This document shows, piece by piece, positions 10,440-20,343 of a stretch of 64,000 nt of DNA. How positions within the stretch are numbered: position 1 is the first letter of the stretch; each line of letters starts with the position of its first letter. Below the pieces are notes generated by a model. It was not told where the DNA came from and did not search any database. It worked only from the letters and a program-made list of their open reading frames with translations. Both the position numbers and the translations under genes were made by a program. The DNA is from an uncultured Halobacteriales archaeon (GTDB lineage: Archaea > Halobacteriota > Halobacteria > Halobacteriales > Hikarchaeaceae): contig CAZEDI010000001.1 in NCBI GenBank assembly GCA_964510865.1, positions 2,297 to 66,296 of the forward strand, given 5' to 3'.

Positions 10440-11633
10440 TCACGTTAGCCTGTTGAGACTGTTTATTGCGTCAGAAACAGCAGCAATGGGAATATCCCGG
10501 TGCACTGGGAGTGTAAGAAGATGATCGGCGAGCCAGCGGGACGTCGCAAACTCATCGTCAGTCCTCACCTCGGTCGGCAGCGGTGGCCAGGTATGAACCC
10601 CTCCGACACCTGCAGCGTCAAGAGCCGTCACGGCAGATGCCGGATCTGAGGCCAGCATCGGACAGTACTGTGGACACACCGCATTGGGTAAGTCGCCGAA
10701 GACTGGTTCCATATCAGTAATGCCGTCGAGCCAAGCACGGTAAACCCGTCGCCGTGCATCGACAATTTTCTCGGCCGGTATGCGTTTGACCACGTGTGCG
10801 GAGAGCGCAGACATCGGCTGTTTTGCCTGTTCATACGTGTTTCGAGCTGTTTTCCATCCACCGGACTGCCCATTCGTCTGTCCCGTTGGAACGCTCTGGC
10901 GGACCCGTAGCGCATGCTCAGGGAGAGGGGCTGTGAGGTCGTTTCTACGGAGGAGTGAGGAAAGCACGTCAATGCTATCCCGTAGCGTGGGTGTGGATCG
11001 AATCCTCGCATACGTGGACGGCTCAATGGCGGACGCGACCTCGGAATCGAGGTAGAGAAATGCGCCATCGGGAACGGGAAATCCCTTCCTGAGACTCGTG
11101 AATCCAACGGATCCTCGGGTCCCCAGAAGTTGGCTTCCGTCCCGGCTCAACGGGGCATGTGCATTATCGTCGATAACGACAGCCCCCCAGTCTGATGCGA
11201 TCTCATGAATAGCGTCGAATGTGGACTGCGGGAACCCGAAGTAGTTGACGACCAGTATAGCAGCTGTCTTCTCGTCGATAGCCTCCTCGATATCCTCTAT
11301 CGTGGGAGTGAGGTCACGTTGAATGCAGTGGAGACGAGGTTCGGCTCCAAGCTCCCGTATTGGCTGGAGGACGCCGCGTGGAATATACGCAGGGAGGATG
11401 ACGTTTGATTCTGGGCCACAACCAACCGCTTCTAGACCATCCCTGAGGGCAGCTTTCCCTGACCCGTAGGGAAGCCACCATTCGGCACCTGCTGTAAGTC
11501 GACGCCACACTGAGTCCGCTGGGCGTCCCCAGAGGTACGCCGGCTTGACTGTCGGTGACCCCGGGACCGTCGATGAACTTCGATGGGTAGACCCATCGTC
11601 TGTCCCGTCTAAGTCGCGGCGCGTTGTCGACAT
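10440..11633 (-). CDS. DegT/DnrJ/EryC1/StrS-like PLP-dependent sugar aminotransferase
   Basis: VILPAYI, ILVVNYFGF, IDDNAH, FTSLRK (PLP lysine), LLTLPVH. Start at 11633 overlaps the GNAT stop (TGATG). Confidence 0.8.
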   Translation of the reverse strand: MSTTRRDLDGTDDGSTHRSSSTVPGSPTVKPAYLWGRPADSVWRRLTAGAEWWLPYGSGKAALRDGLEAVGCGPESNVILPAYIPRGVLQPIRELGAEPRLHCIQRDLTPTIEDIEEAIDEKTAAILVVNYFGFPQSTFDAIHEIASDWGAVVIDDNAHAPLSRDGSQLLGTRGSVGFTSLRKGFPVPDGAFLYLDSEVASAIEPSTYARIRSTPTLRDSIDVLSSLLRRNDLTAPLPEHALRVRQSVPTGQTNGQSGGWKTARNTYEQAKQPMSALSAHVVKRIPAEKIVDARRRVYRAWLDGITDMEPVFGDLPNAVCPQYCPMLASDPASAVTALDAAGVGGVHTWPPLPTEVRTDDEFATSRWLADHLLTLPVHRDIPIAAVSDAINSLNRLT

Positions 11634-12652
11634 CACATGACCTTGAGGCCGCCAGGAAGTCGATTGTAAATGGCCGATGCGGCGCGAATCCGGCTCGACC
11701 GCCACTGGGCGACATAGTATGCAACCGGTTCAGGATTGAACTTCGCCTTGTACCGGCAGAGATGGGGCAGGTTTGCGCCGACGAGATCATACCACTCCCG
11801 CCCTCGCTCCTTTGCGTCGGTCATGACATGCCAGTCGAGTAAATCGTTCACCGGTAGATCGACATCTGGTGTCGCTCCACCTTGCCACCGACGGATTACG
11901 TCGTCTGACTCGATTGTTACGATCCCGCCTGCCACATTCCCATCGACCGTGAGGGTGTATGCCCGCATCCTATCATCGGGTAGCTCCTCGTAGAGGCGAG
12001 CGACGAATGTCGAGTCGAGCGGGTATGCCCTCTCCTGCTCATTGTGGCGGTCTTCGATCTGTTCGACGATCGTTCGGACGCCATTGATGCCTCCGACGTC
12101 GACCTCATATCGAGTTTTATCCACGTTCCGTACATTGCGCCTGGCGTCGCTGCTAAAACCCTCGAGTATCGCCTCTCGAGGTGAGGTAAGATCGACGTGG
12201 TACGTGTAGGTCGGCGAGACGTCATATCCTCGCCAGGCGAATGGGCGAACGTCTCGGTACCCGGCGACGGTCCGGATGTCAACGTAGTCCGGAGCGAGCT
12301 CCGCTTCGACCCAGTCCAGGCAGCCATCCACGAATCCTCGATGTCGCCGTTCCCGCTTTCGTTGTGAAAGTTTCTCGAGATTCAAGAGTGCGGGTCCCAG
12401 GGTGAAAACCTCGAGTTCTGGTGGTGAACGGACAGACCGGAATGGACCACGTGTCGAGGAGAACAACGGGAGGATACCCACTGGCTCCTGCCCTTTGTAG
12501 CCAACTAAGGTATACAACGAGGTGTCGGACTGTCGGGCGAATAGGTCGAGTGCCTCGTGTCTGTGGAAGGTCGTCCCATGGACTGACTCCTCGACGTACT
12601 CGTTCCATGTATCTGACTCACCCTGATCGAAGCACGTGATCTCGACTGTCAT
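11633..12652 (-). CDS. GNAT/FemAB-like acyltransferase
   Basis: GTTFHR, FSSDARRNVR, WQGGA, YDLVGAN...YKAKFNP motifs. Confidence 0.85.
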   Translation of the reverse strand: MTVEITCFDQGESDTWNEYVEESVHGTTFHRHEALDLFARQSDTSLYTLVGYKGQEPVGILPLFSSTRGPFRSVRSPPELEVFTLGPALLNLEKLSQRKRERRHRGFVDGCLDWVEAELAPDYVDIRTVAGYRDVRPFAWRGYDVSPTYTYHVDLTSPREAILEGFSSDARRNVRNVDKTRYEVDVGGINGVRTIVEQIEDRHNEQERAYPLDSTFVARLYEELPDDRMRAYTLTVDGNVAGGIVTIESDDVIRRWQGGATPDVDLPVNDLLDWHVMTDAKERGREWYDLVGANLPHLCRYKAKFNPEPVAYYVAQWRSSRIRAASAIYNRLPGGLKVM

Positions 12653-12701
12653 GGTAGGTTCTCACTCGGGGTCATCCCAACCTCGAATTGGACCATCGAG
12701 C

Positions 12702-14291
12702 TCATTCGACGTACCCCAGGGTTTCTAATCGGGCCGCGATATCGTCGGTCGTCTGGCTCGATCGCTCCGCAGGCTCATATGGTGGATATGCCGTGGTCCC
12801 CTGGTCTTCAACGAACGGGAGTGGACTCCCATCCATGCGGTCAGGGGCTGCGATGCCAAACGTCGACAAGACTGTTGGTGCGATATCGAAAACCGTCGCA
12901 CCCTCGAGCCGGACAGCGTCGTCGAACGGATCACCGGTCGCAATCACTACTCCCTGTGGCTTGTGATTCCACGGTTGTCCCGGCTCTCCGAAGCGTGCCC
13001 CGTGTAGGCGCGTAGTGACAAAGTGGTCGTAGTCAGCTGGGATCGTCACGATGTCGACGGCCTCTTCGACAGCCGGCCCGTCAAAGAATGCCTCTCGACG
13101 GTCGACCGTCTCGAATACCTCTTCTCCGTCCGGCGTCGTGACGTCCGATAGTAGTTCGATGACCTCATCGCGCACCGTCTCATACGCATCACTGGGAACG
13201 ATGCCGTCGGGCTCACGTCCTACCAGATTGATCCGGACACCCAGTTCAATACGAGCCCGCGCATATGCGGTTGAAGCAGGAAAATCGACATGTCTGCTCC
13301 CTGCGGTCACCAGTGCCTCGGGCACGAGTCGCTCGACTGGTTCCCGGAGTCCGAGTCTGTCCAGTGCACGACCGATCCGCTCGGGTGTCACCCCTGCTGC
13401 AGTCGCCACGGTGACAATACTCGAGAGGGTGTGCCAGGCTGTATCCTCTGTCGGACGGGACGGATCACGTGCATGCCGTAATCGATTCTCCCTGATCGGC
13501 ACCCAGGAGGGCATGCCACCGCCTCGAGTCACCTCGACATACCCGTGCTCCGCAAGGAACTCGTTCACCCGGAATCCGTACCCCGTGTATTCGCCGATTC
13601 CGTGGTCGCTCACGATCAGGACGGCGTCCGGATCACCATCATCGAGAATGGCGGCAATCTGTTCGTCTACAGCTCGATACACAGATCGAACGCAGTCCCA
13701 GTCCCCAGGCTGTTCGTGGAACACGGTATCCGTTTGCTGAAACTGGACGAATCCAAAGTCTGGATCGACCCTGTCGACAAGATAGCGAAATGCATCGCCG
13801 CGCATCTGGACGAGACGTTCGTAGTCTGAGCTCGTATTCGGGTAGATTCTGTACTCTCCCACGTGTTCCTCCACCTCGGCGAGGAGCTCCGGGGGATGGA
13901 ACTCAGGTTGCTCGGGTGCGGCGTATCCAGGGATGAGTGCGCCGTCAAATGCACGCGGTGGATGACTGATCGGTGCGTTGACGATCACACTCGACCTTCC
14001 CTCGCGGTCGAGCAGTTCCCAGAGCGTGTATTCCCGTCTGTTCGTTGCGTCGACGATGTCCCAGTCATAGCCATCGAATGCGAGGAATCCGAAGATCCCG
14101 TGCATTCCAGGGTTAACCCCCGTATAGATCGACGTCCATGCGCTGGGTGTCCAGGGCGGAATGGACGACTCGAGCTGACCAGAGACCCCAACATCGATGA
14201 GGGAACGGAGGGTCGGTAGCTCCCCGGCCTCGAACAACGGATCGAGGACTCGATCACACGCCGCGTCGATACCAATGAGGAGCGTACGCAT
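12702..14291 (-). CDS. Alkaline phosphatase superfamily (nucleotide pyrophosphatase/phosphodiesterase-like) protein
   Basis: IGIDAA, PPWTPSAWTSIYTGVNPG.HG, VSDHG, WNHKPQG, DIAPT motifs. Confidence 0.9.
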   Translation of the reverse strand: MRTLLIGIDAACDRVLDPLFEAGELPTLRSLIDVGVSGQLESSIPPWTPSAWTSIYTGVNPGMHGIFGFLAFDGYDWDIVDATNRREYTLWELLDREGRSSVIVNAPISHPPRAFDGALIPGYAAPEQPEFHPPELLAEVEEHVGEYRIYPNTSSDYERLVQMRGDAFRYLVDRVDPDFGFVQFQQTDTVFHEQPGDWDCVRSVYRAVDEQIAAILDDGDPDAVLIVSDHGIGEYTGYGFRVNEFLAEHGYVEVTRGGGMPSWVPIRENRLRHARDPSRPTEDTAWHTLSSIVTVATAAGVTPERIGRALDRLGLREPVERLVPEALVTAGSRHVDFPASTAYARARIELGVRINLVGREPDGIVPSDAYETVRDEVIELLSDVTTPDGEEVFETVDRREAFFDGPAVEEAVDIVTIPADYDHFVTTRLHGARFGEPGQPWNHKPQGVVIATGDPFDDAVRLEGATVFDIAPTVLSTFGIAAPDRMDGSPLPFVEDQGTTAYPPYEPAERSSQTTDDIAARLETLGYVE

Positions 14292-14602
14292 GGTGACTCA
14301 CTCGAAACGTGGATAGTCCCTAAGTGCCGGAGCCTCTCCTCGATCCCGCGGACGAGACAACATGGTCGGCTTTCGCTTCGCCGATGAGGCCCGTTATTAT
14401 GAACGGGGTAAGGCCCTGCCACTAGGACGGTGTCACCTGGATGCTCGTTGCTCCTTCAGTGTGAGCGGTGGATCTCTCTGTGAGTGTGATATGCTCGCCG
14501 TCGTGGCTCATGCAGCCTGATGCCGGGAACACCCCTTGAATGGTTTCTCCCATGCGTTCCAGGTGGCCAAGATTGACGGTGACTGCGGTCGCGGGCATGG
14601 GT

Positions 14603-15661
14603 ATGACGTACGCCGCAGGTATCATCGGAACAGGCGGCGTGGCTGGGATGGGCATCTACGACGGGTCCGAGGACGACATCGGCGACGACCCCGAGCATGC
14701 GAGCCACGCCGGTGGATACGCCACGGTAGACGCGGTGGAACTTGAGGCGGTAGCGGACATCGAGCAGGACGCGCTCGATCGGTTTGGTACCGCGTGGGAC
14801 ATTCCGCCGGATAACCGATACATTGGACACGAGGCGATGCTGGACGTGGAGGACCTGGATATCATTTCCATCTGTACCCCCTCGCTCATGCATCGAGAGC
14901 ACGTCGAGGACGCGGCACGCATCGGAGATCCCGCGGTGATCTGGTGTGAGAAACCTATCGCGTGCTCTCTCTCTGATGCCGAAGCGATGGTCGAAACGTG
15001 TGCAGACGAAGACGTCGAACTCGTAATCAATCACTCTCAACGATTCCTCCGTCAACATTGGGCCCTCCGCGAGGCGATCCAAGACGGGTTTCTGGGAGAG
15101 GTTCGTTCAGTCTCGGCAGGAAGCCCGATGGAGCTTCTCCGTGTAGGCACTCACGCCATCGATCTCGTGCGGTACCTCTTAGCTGTCCGAGCCGATTTCG
15201 TTTCCGGGACCGTCACTGGCGAGAACGAGGCGAGCCAACACCTCACTGATCAACCCGTAGACGATGCGGGGACGGGTGGACACGTCGTCCTGGATGACGG
15301 GACCTTCCTCACGTATGATGGGACGACCCACCGTAACATCGGGACGTTCCATTACCGTTTCAACGGCACTGAGGGCCGTCTCGTTTCGGCCGAGGACGGG
15401 TGGCGATATTGGGACACAGCCGGCCGGGAATCCAGCCCACCGACCGGCGACTATGAAGATGATCACGAGCAGTCGTTCGCCAATGCTGTCTCACATGCTA
15501 TCGATCTAATCGAGAACGATGCCGAGAATATCTCCCCTGGCGCAGATGCGATTCACACACTCGAGATTCTCGTCGGCTTCTATGTCTCCCACTATACTAA
15601 CGGGCGAGTGTCGATCCCGGTGGATCGCCCGCTGAAAGACGTCACAATCACGTCGTGGTGA
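14603..15661 (+). CDS. Gfo/Idh/MocA family oxidoreductase
   Basis: GIIGTGGVA Rossmann motif, ISICTP...H, CEKP, GTHAID. Start moved to ATG 14603. Confidence 0.9.
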   Translation: MTYAAGIIGTGGVAGMGIYDGSEDDIGDDPEHASHAGGYATVDAVELEAVADIEQDALDRFGTAWDIPPDNRYIGHEAMLDVEDLDIISICTPSLMHREHVEDAARIGDPAVIWCEKPIACSLSDAEAMVETCADEDVELVINHSQRFLRQHWALREAIQDGFLGEVRSVSAGSPMELLRVGTHAIDLVRYLLAVRADFVSGTVTGENEASQHLTDQPVDDAGTGGHVVLDDGTFLTYDGTTHRNIGTFHYRFNGTEGRLVSAEDGWRYWDTAGRESSPPTGDYEDDHEQSFANAVSHAIDLIENDAENISPGADAIHTLEILVGFYVSHYTNGRVSIPVDRPLKDVTITSW

Positions 15662-15737
15662 GGGAGGCACGGATCGCTGGGATGATCGGATCCGAGGTAT
15701 GTCCAGCCACGTCGGTGTCAGTCTAGCCACCGCCCGC

Positions 15738-16955
15738 TCAGAATATCAGATCTTCACCGGGAAGGGCGTGCTCCGCGGCGACCTCCGGATCAATCTCGAT
15801 CCCGAGGCCGGGCCCCTCCGGCAGATCTACGGCACCATCGTCGATTATGTCGCCTGCCTCGCCGGTGCGCGAGACGAGGTCCTCCCACCAGGGGACGTCC
15901 CGTGCGTGGTACTCGAGCGCGATGAAATTCGGGACCGCGGCACCCGCGTGTGCCCCTGCAATCGTGCCGATGGGACTCTGAATGTTGTGTGCGGCGATAG
16001 GAATCCCCTCAAGGTCACAGAGATGGGCGATCTGCGTGAAATTGCGCAATCCCCCGCAGTTGTGTGGATCCGGCGCGGCGAAGTCCGTTCCCTCCGCGTC
16101 AAGGAGCTGTTTGAACTCCCCGGGCTCGGTTAAGTTCTCGCCAGTGAGCATCGGAACGGTCGTCGCCTCGCGGACCCGACGATGAGCATCGTACTTCCGA
16201 GGCGGTACCGGATCTTCGAGCCACGCGAGATCGTATTCCTCGAGCTTCGTCGCCAGCCTGGTCGCCGTCTCCACCGTGAAATTCCAATGTAGATCGAAGC
16301 CCAAATCGATGTCGTAGCCGATTTCCTCGCGAACCGCGTCGACGAGTGATACTTTGTGCTCGATTGCCTCGTTATCCAGACGCCGTGCTGCCGTGTCTAC
16401 GTCTCGATGGGTCCGGACGTCGAGATCGAACTTCAGGGCCTCGAACCCCTCGTTGACCACGTCTCGCGCAGCACGTGCGTAGGATTCGGGCGTGTACACC
16501 TCTCGCGGATCAACATCCGCCGATTGGGCCTCGCCGAGCGACTCGCCTGCATGCGTATCACAGTAGATTTGCACGCCGTCTCGATACTTTCCACCGAATA
16601 GTTCATAGACCGGAACATCGAGGACCTTCCCCTTGATGTCCCACAGTGCCATTTCGACTCCTGGATCAACGTGCATTCGACTATCGAGCAGCCGACCGAT
16701 GTCCAGCGGGTTCTCACCCTCGAGCCGTCCCGGACCATCGGGGCCCGATCCATGTGTCTCCCCGATTCCGTAGATATCGGTATCCGTCTCGACCTTGATA
16801 AGCCCCCAGGTGAAGTTGCCCTGGATCGTCATCGACCGGACGTCGGTGATCGCGATATCGCGCTCGGGTGGACGGTGATCCTCCCGCTGTGACATATCCA
16901 TCCAGGGGACACCGCCACCGGGAGGAATGACGTAGTCGGGTTGATCGTCTGTCAT
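15738..16955 (-). CDS. Mandelate racemase/enolase-superfamily sugar-acid dehydratase
   Basis: ALWDIKGK, ALKFDLD, DLHW, WLEDP, GEN, AAHN, EYH, PGLGIEID. Confidence 0.9.
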   Translation of the reverse strand: MTDDQPDYVIPPGGGVPWMDMSQREDHRPPERDIAITDVRSMTIQGNFTWGLIKVETDTDIYGIGETHGSGPDGPGRLEGENPLDIGRLLDSRMHVDPGVEMALWDIKGKVLDVPVYELFGGKYRDGVQIYCDTHAGESLGEAQSADVDPREVYTPESYARAARDVVNEGFEALKFDLDVRTHRDVDTAARRLDNEAIEHKVSLVDAVREEIGYDIDLGFDLHWNFTVETATRLATKLEEYDLAWLEDPVPPRKYDAHRRVREATTVPMLTGENLTEPGEFKQLLDAEGTDFAAPDPHNCGGLRNFTQIAHLCDLEGIPIAAHNIQSPIGTIAGAHAGAAVPNFIALEYHARDVPWWEDLVSRTGEAGDIIDDGAVDLPEGPGLGIEIDPEVAAEHALPGEDLIF

Positions 16956-17054
16956 AACCACGATGACGTCCAGATCGAAGTTTAACGTTGGCACTCCGGC
17001 AGCCCCGGGTCCCCGATCGACGGCATCGGGTATCGATAGCTCTACTGTGACTGA

Positions 17055-18644
17055 TTAGTGTCCGGCGTCGTGGGGGTTCAGCTCCGTCCCGTAGCGTTCC
17101 GCGTGGTCGGTATAGTCAATGAACCGCGGTGCGTCGGGGTCGAAGGGCCGTTTCAGCGCGTCGAACGCCTTCTTCTTGTCCCAGCTTTGCAACCCCCCGA
17201 TCGCACTCCGATCTTCGAGGTCGTGGTAGTCGAGATCGTCCTTCGTTTGCTCCCAGGCCTCTAACCCTTTCTCGGTTCGGATGATCACGGAGGAGTATTC
17301 GTCGCTCGAGCCGACGGAGCCGACTGTGAGATCTGCACAGTACCCGGTGAAGTCCGCACACTCATCACAGCCTTTGAGCGCAGCGACGTGGAAGTTCTCG
17401 ATGTCCTCATCGAGAATCAGCTCGAGGTCATGATTGAAGACCTTCATCTTGCCGTCGATAACGTCGAGTTTTCCGATGTCCTCTGGTGAGATGTCGCGCT
17501 TCTCCTCGAGCTGCTCGCCCATCAGCTTCTCGTAGTTGAAGTTCTTGGTACACATCAGCGCGATCGTATACTCGATCGACCGCACCCCGTCCTCGTGACT
17601 CGCGTAGTCCCACTCGAAATCCTGTAACGCGCGGATGCCTTCGATCTCGCAGGGCGTACCCACGAGGGCCAGGGACGCCTCCTCGAGTGGCACGTCGAGT
17701 TTGTGCTCCCACTGGCCGAGGTCGAGGTTGCCGAGCGCCATCGTCTGATTATAGAACGATCCAGCGTTCTCGATGAGTTCCGCTGGCGTGGTGGCGAGGA
17801 ACGACTCTGCCTTCCAGGATTCCTCGTCGTTCTCCGTGGCGATAACGGCGCCATCGATCTCGCCCGCCTCGAGTAGATGGATCAATACAGACGTGACGAG
17901 CCCACCGTCTTGTGCGTTCTCCCGCCAGTCATCAGTGACTCTGGCAGAGAACTCAGTGATCGGGTCGCCAGCACCGGAGACATTGTCGTCGCCGCCGGTG
18001 ATTTTCCACTGGCGCTCATAGCGGAGCCCGCCCCGAGGGCAGAAGTCCCAACAGAGCGAGCATCCCGTACACATCTTGACGAGTTTCGGGAGGTCGTCGT
18101 CGCCGATACCGATCGAATCCGAGGGGCAGGCGGCGACACAGGTGCCACATTGAATACACCGATCGTCCTCGATGACGGCCTCGTCGAGCTCCATAAACCA
18201 CGTCTTGTCGTCGGGCGTCTCGATGTCGTTCATCGCCTGTCGAATCTCGTATGACGGCGTGTCCAGCTCGAGCTCGTCCCCACCCGGCTTCTGTACCCGT
18301 TTATCCGCTGGCGTCTCGTAGACGTCTTGGCTCTTGCCCTCGGCCGGTTTCGTGAACTCTAGGTCGGTCAGCTCACCGTCGGGAGTGACATTCGTGGGCG
18401 CCGTCCCGCCGTCAGTGGCAGCCCTGGCGGATTTCGAGTCGCGATCCGGCGTCCCCCCGCTGCCATCACCGGTGTCGTACGCGTACTGCTGGTCGACAGG
18501 TCCCACCTGGTCGCCAGGAATGGTCCCTGATTCGGTCGCGGGGCGGTCGATTCCGACGCCGTTTGCCTTCGGAACGCTCTCTCCACCGTCCTCCGGAACA
18601 TCGGGAATGCCTGGCTGTCTGGCGTCCTCGGATTCGTCAGTCAC
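17055..18644 (-). CDS. F420H2-dehydrogenase FpoF/FrhB-like protein with 2x[4Fe-4S] ferredoxin domain
   Basis: CIQCGTCVAACP and CTGCSLCWDFCP, QDGGLVTS, VGTPCE, IALMCTKNF, CDECADF. GTG start at 18644 overlaps the reductase stop. Confidence 0.88.
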   Translation of the reverse strand: MTDESEDARQPGIPDVPEDGGESVPKANGVGIDRPATESGTIPGDQVGPVDQQYAYDTGDGSGGTPDRDSKSARAATDGGTAPTNVTPDGELTDLEFTKPAEGKSQDVYETPADKRVQKPGGDELELDTPSYEIRQAMNDIETPDDKTWFMELDEAVIEDDRCIQCGTCVAACPSDSIGIGDDDLPKLVKMCTGCSLCWDFCPRGGLRYERQWKITGGDDNVSGAGDPITEFSARVTDDWRENAQDGGLVTSVLIHLLEAGEIDGAVIATENDEESWKAESFLATTPAELIENAGSFYNQTMALGNLDLGQWEHKLDVPLEEASLALVGTPCEIEGIRALQDFEWDYASHEDGVRSIEYTIALMCTKNFNYEKLMGEQLEEKRDISPEDIGKLDVIDGKMKVFNHDLELILDEDIENFHVAALKGCDECADFTGYCADLTVGSVGSSDEYSSVIIRTEKGLEAWEQTKDDLDYHDLEDRSAIGGLQSWDKKKAFDALKRPFDPDAPRFIDYTDHAERYGTELNPHDAGH

Positions 18645-20343
18645 CGTGAGCCACCCCCGTCGAGACTGGCGCGTCCGCCTGTTGCATGACTGCCCGGAGA
18701 CGGTCGTTCCCGACCCGACGGCACCACTGGTAGAAGCGTTCTTCCTCTTCGCGCTCGTCCGTATAGACGGCGAACAGCTCTTCGAGGGCAGGTATGACCG
18801 CGTTTGCAGGGACCGCTGTTTCGACCCAGTCGAGGAACTCGTTATCGGCACCCAGCGCGCCCCCGAGACCGAAGTCCATCCCCTCGACGATGTTGTCACC
18901 TTCTTCGTTCGTGGTATTCTCCGGATCCTCGATTTTGACGGTCTCTCCCCGGAACCCGATATCGGCGATCTGGGGTTGTGCACACGATGCCGAACACCCC
19001 GACATGTGCATCCGGACAACTTCGAGATCGTCGGGCGTGTCGATCTCGCGATCGAGGGTTTTCGCCCAGCGACGGACACGCTTTTTGGTCTCAATGATGC
19101 CGTAGTTGCAGAATTCCGAGCCGGTGCAGCCTACGGCACCCCGTGAGAACGGCCCCGGGTCGACCCGATACTTCCGGGCAAAGGGCTCGTCGAGCAGATC
19201 TTCCATCTCGGAGGCGGGAACGTGTGAGATCACGAAATTCTGGTCCGTTGCCAACCGGAGCGTCGCGTCGTCGGTGCCGTATGTTTTTGCAGCGCGCGCG
19301 GCGTTTGCGAACTCGGTGCCGCTCATGCGCCCCGCAATCACGTTGAACCCGGCGTATTGGAGGTTCCCCTGTTTCTGGTTGTGGACACCGACATGATCGC
19401 CTCGGTAGCCTTCGGTCAGGTCCTCGCCCCGCTCACGCAGGTCGACCTCGCAACGATCGCGAATCGCTTCTTCGAACGTTTCCGGGCCCATCTGCTGGAC
19501 GAGGTACCGCATCCGGCAGACGCCCCGATTGTTTCGGTCGCCAAGTTCCTTGAACACCTGTGCGACGGCCCGACAGAATTCGACGGCATCTTCGGGCCGG
19601 ACGAACACGTCGAGCTCTGAGGCCATTCGAGGGCCATCGGAGAGGCCTCCCCCGACTTTGGCGTGAAAGCCGTAGTAGCCTTCCCCGCCAATCGTCTTCT
19701 TCGCCGGTGTCAGTCCCACGTCATTGATCTGGGACTGAGCGCAATCGTGGCGACAGCCCGTGATCGTCATTTTGAACTTCCGTGGGAGGTTCGCGTATTC
19801 GCGATTCTCCGTGAAGAAGTCCGAGACAGCGTCGACGACTGGCTGCGCATTGAAGCATTCGTGATTCGAGAGCCCGGCTGCTGGACACCCAAGCACGTTC
19901 CTGGCGGAGTCGCCACATCCTTGGATCGTCGTCAGGCCGACCTCGTCGTATTTCGCCCAGATATCTGGCACATCTTCGACTTCGATCCAGTGCATCTGGA
20001 TGTCCTGGCGTGTCGTAATGTCGAGGAAGGCATCCCCCCAGATCTCGTTTTGTTCCTCGCCACCATATGCCTCGGGAGCCGTGGCGTACTCGTCGGCCAC
20101 TTCGCCGATGACCTCCGCCTGCTCGGGCGTGAGTCGGCCCCCAGGCACCTTCGTCCGGAGCATAAAGTACCCTCGCTGGACACCGTGGGAGTAGAGTCCT
20201 GCCCACTTGAGACGTTCCCACTCACCATCCCCCGCACGCTCTTCGATTTCGTCGAAGGAGAGCCCCCCTTCCGCGTACTCCTTGACGTCCTCGATGACGT
20301 CGAGTGGGTGCTTCTCTTGTTTCCAGCGCTCGACTGTATTCAT
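18637..20343 (-). CDS. Siroheme/[4Fe-4S] assimilatory sulfite/nitrite reductase (Sir/NirA family)
   Basis: TTRQDIQ, NLPRKFK..TGC, siroheme/FeS ligands CTGSEFC and SGCSASC. Confidence 0.93.
   Translation of the reverse strand: MNTVERWKQEKHPLDVIEDVKEYAEGGLSFDEIEERAGDGEWERLKWAGLYSHGVQRGYFMLRTKVPGGRLTPEQAEVIGEVADEYATAPEAYGGEEQNEIWGDAFLDITTRQDIQMHWIEVEDVPDIWAKYDEVGLTTIQGCGDSARNVLGCPAAGLSNHECFNAQPVVDAVSDFFTENREYANLPRKFKMTITGCRHDCAQSQINDVGLTPAKKTIGGEGYYGFHAKVGGGLSDGPRMASELDVFVRPEDAVEFCRAVAQVFKELGDRNNRGVCRMRYLVQQMGPETFEEAIRDRCEVDLRERGEDLTEGYRGDHVGVHNQKQGNLQYAGFNVIAGRMSGTEFANAARAAKTYGTDDATLRLATDQNFVISHVPASEMEDLLDEPFARKYRVDPGPFSRGAVGCTGSEFCNYGIIETKKRVRRWAKTLDREIDTPDDLEVVRMHMSGCSASCAQPQIADIGFRGETVKIEDPENTTNEEGDNIVEGMDFGLGGALGADNEFLDWVETAVPANAVIPALEELFAVYTDEREEEERFYQWCRRVGNDRLRAVMQQADAPVSTGVAHGD

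Noticed and set aside
18645-19094. 150-aa N-terminal extension of the FrhB-like ORF
   Set aside because: It overlaps the reductase on the same strand. A GTG at 18644 overlapping the reductase stop is the better start.
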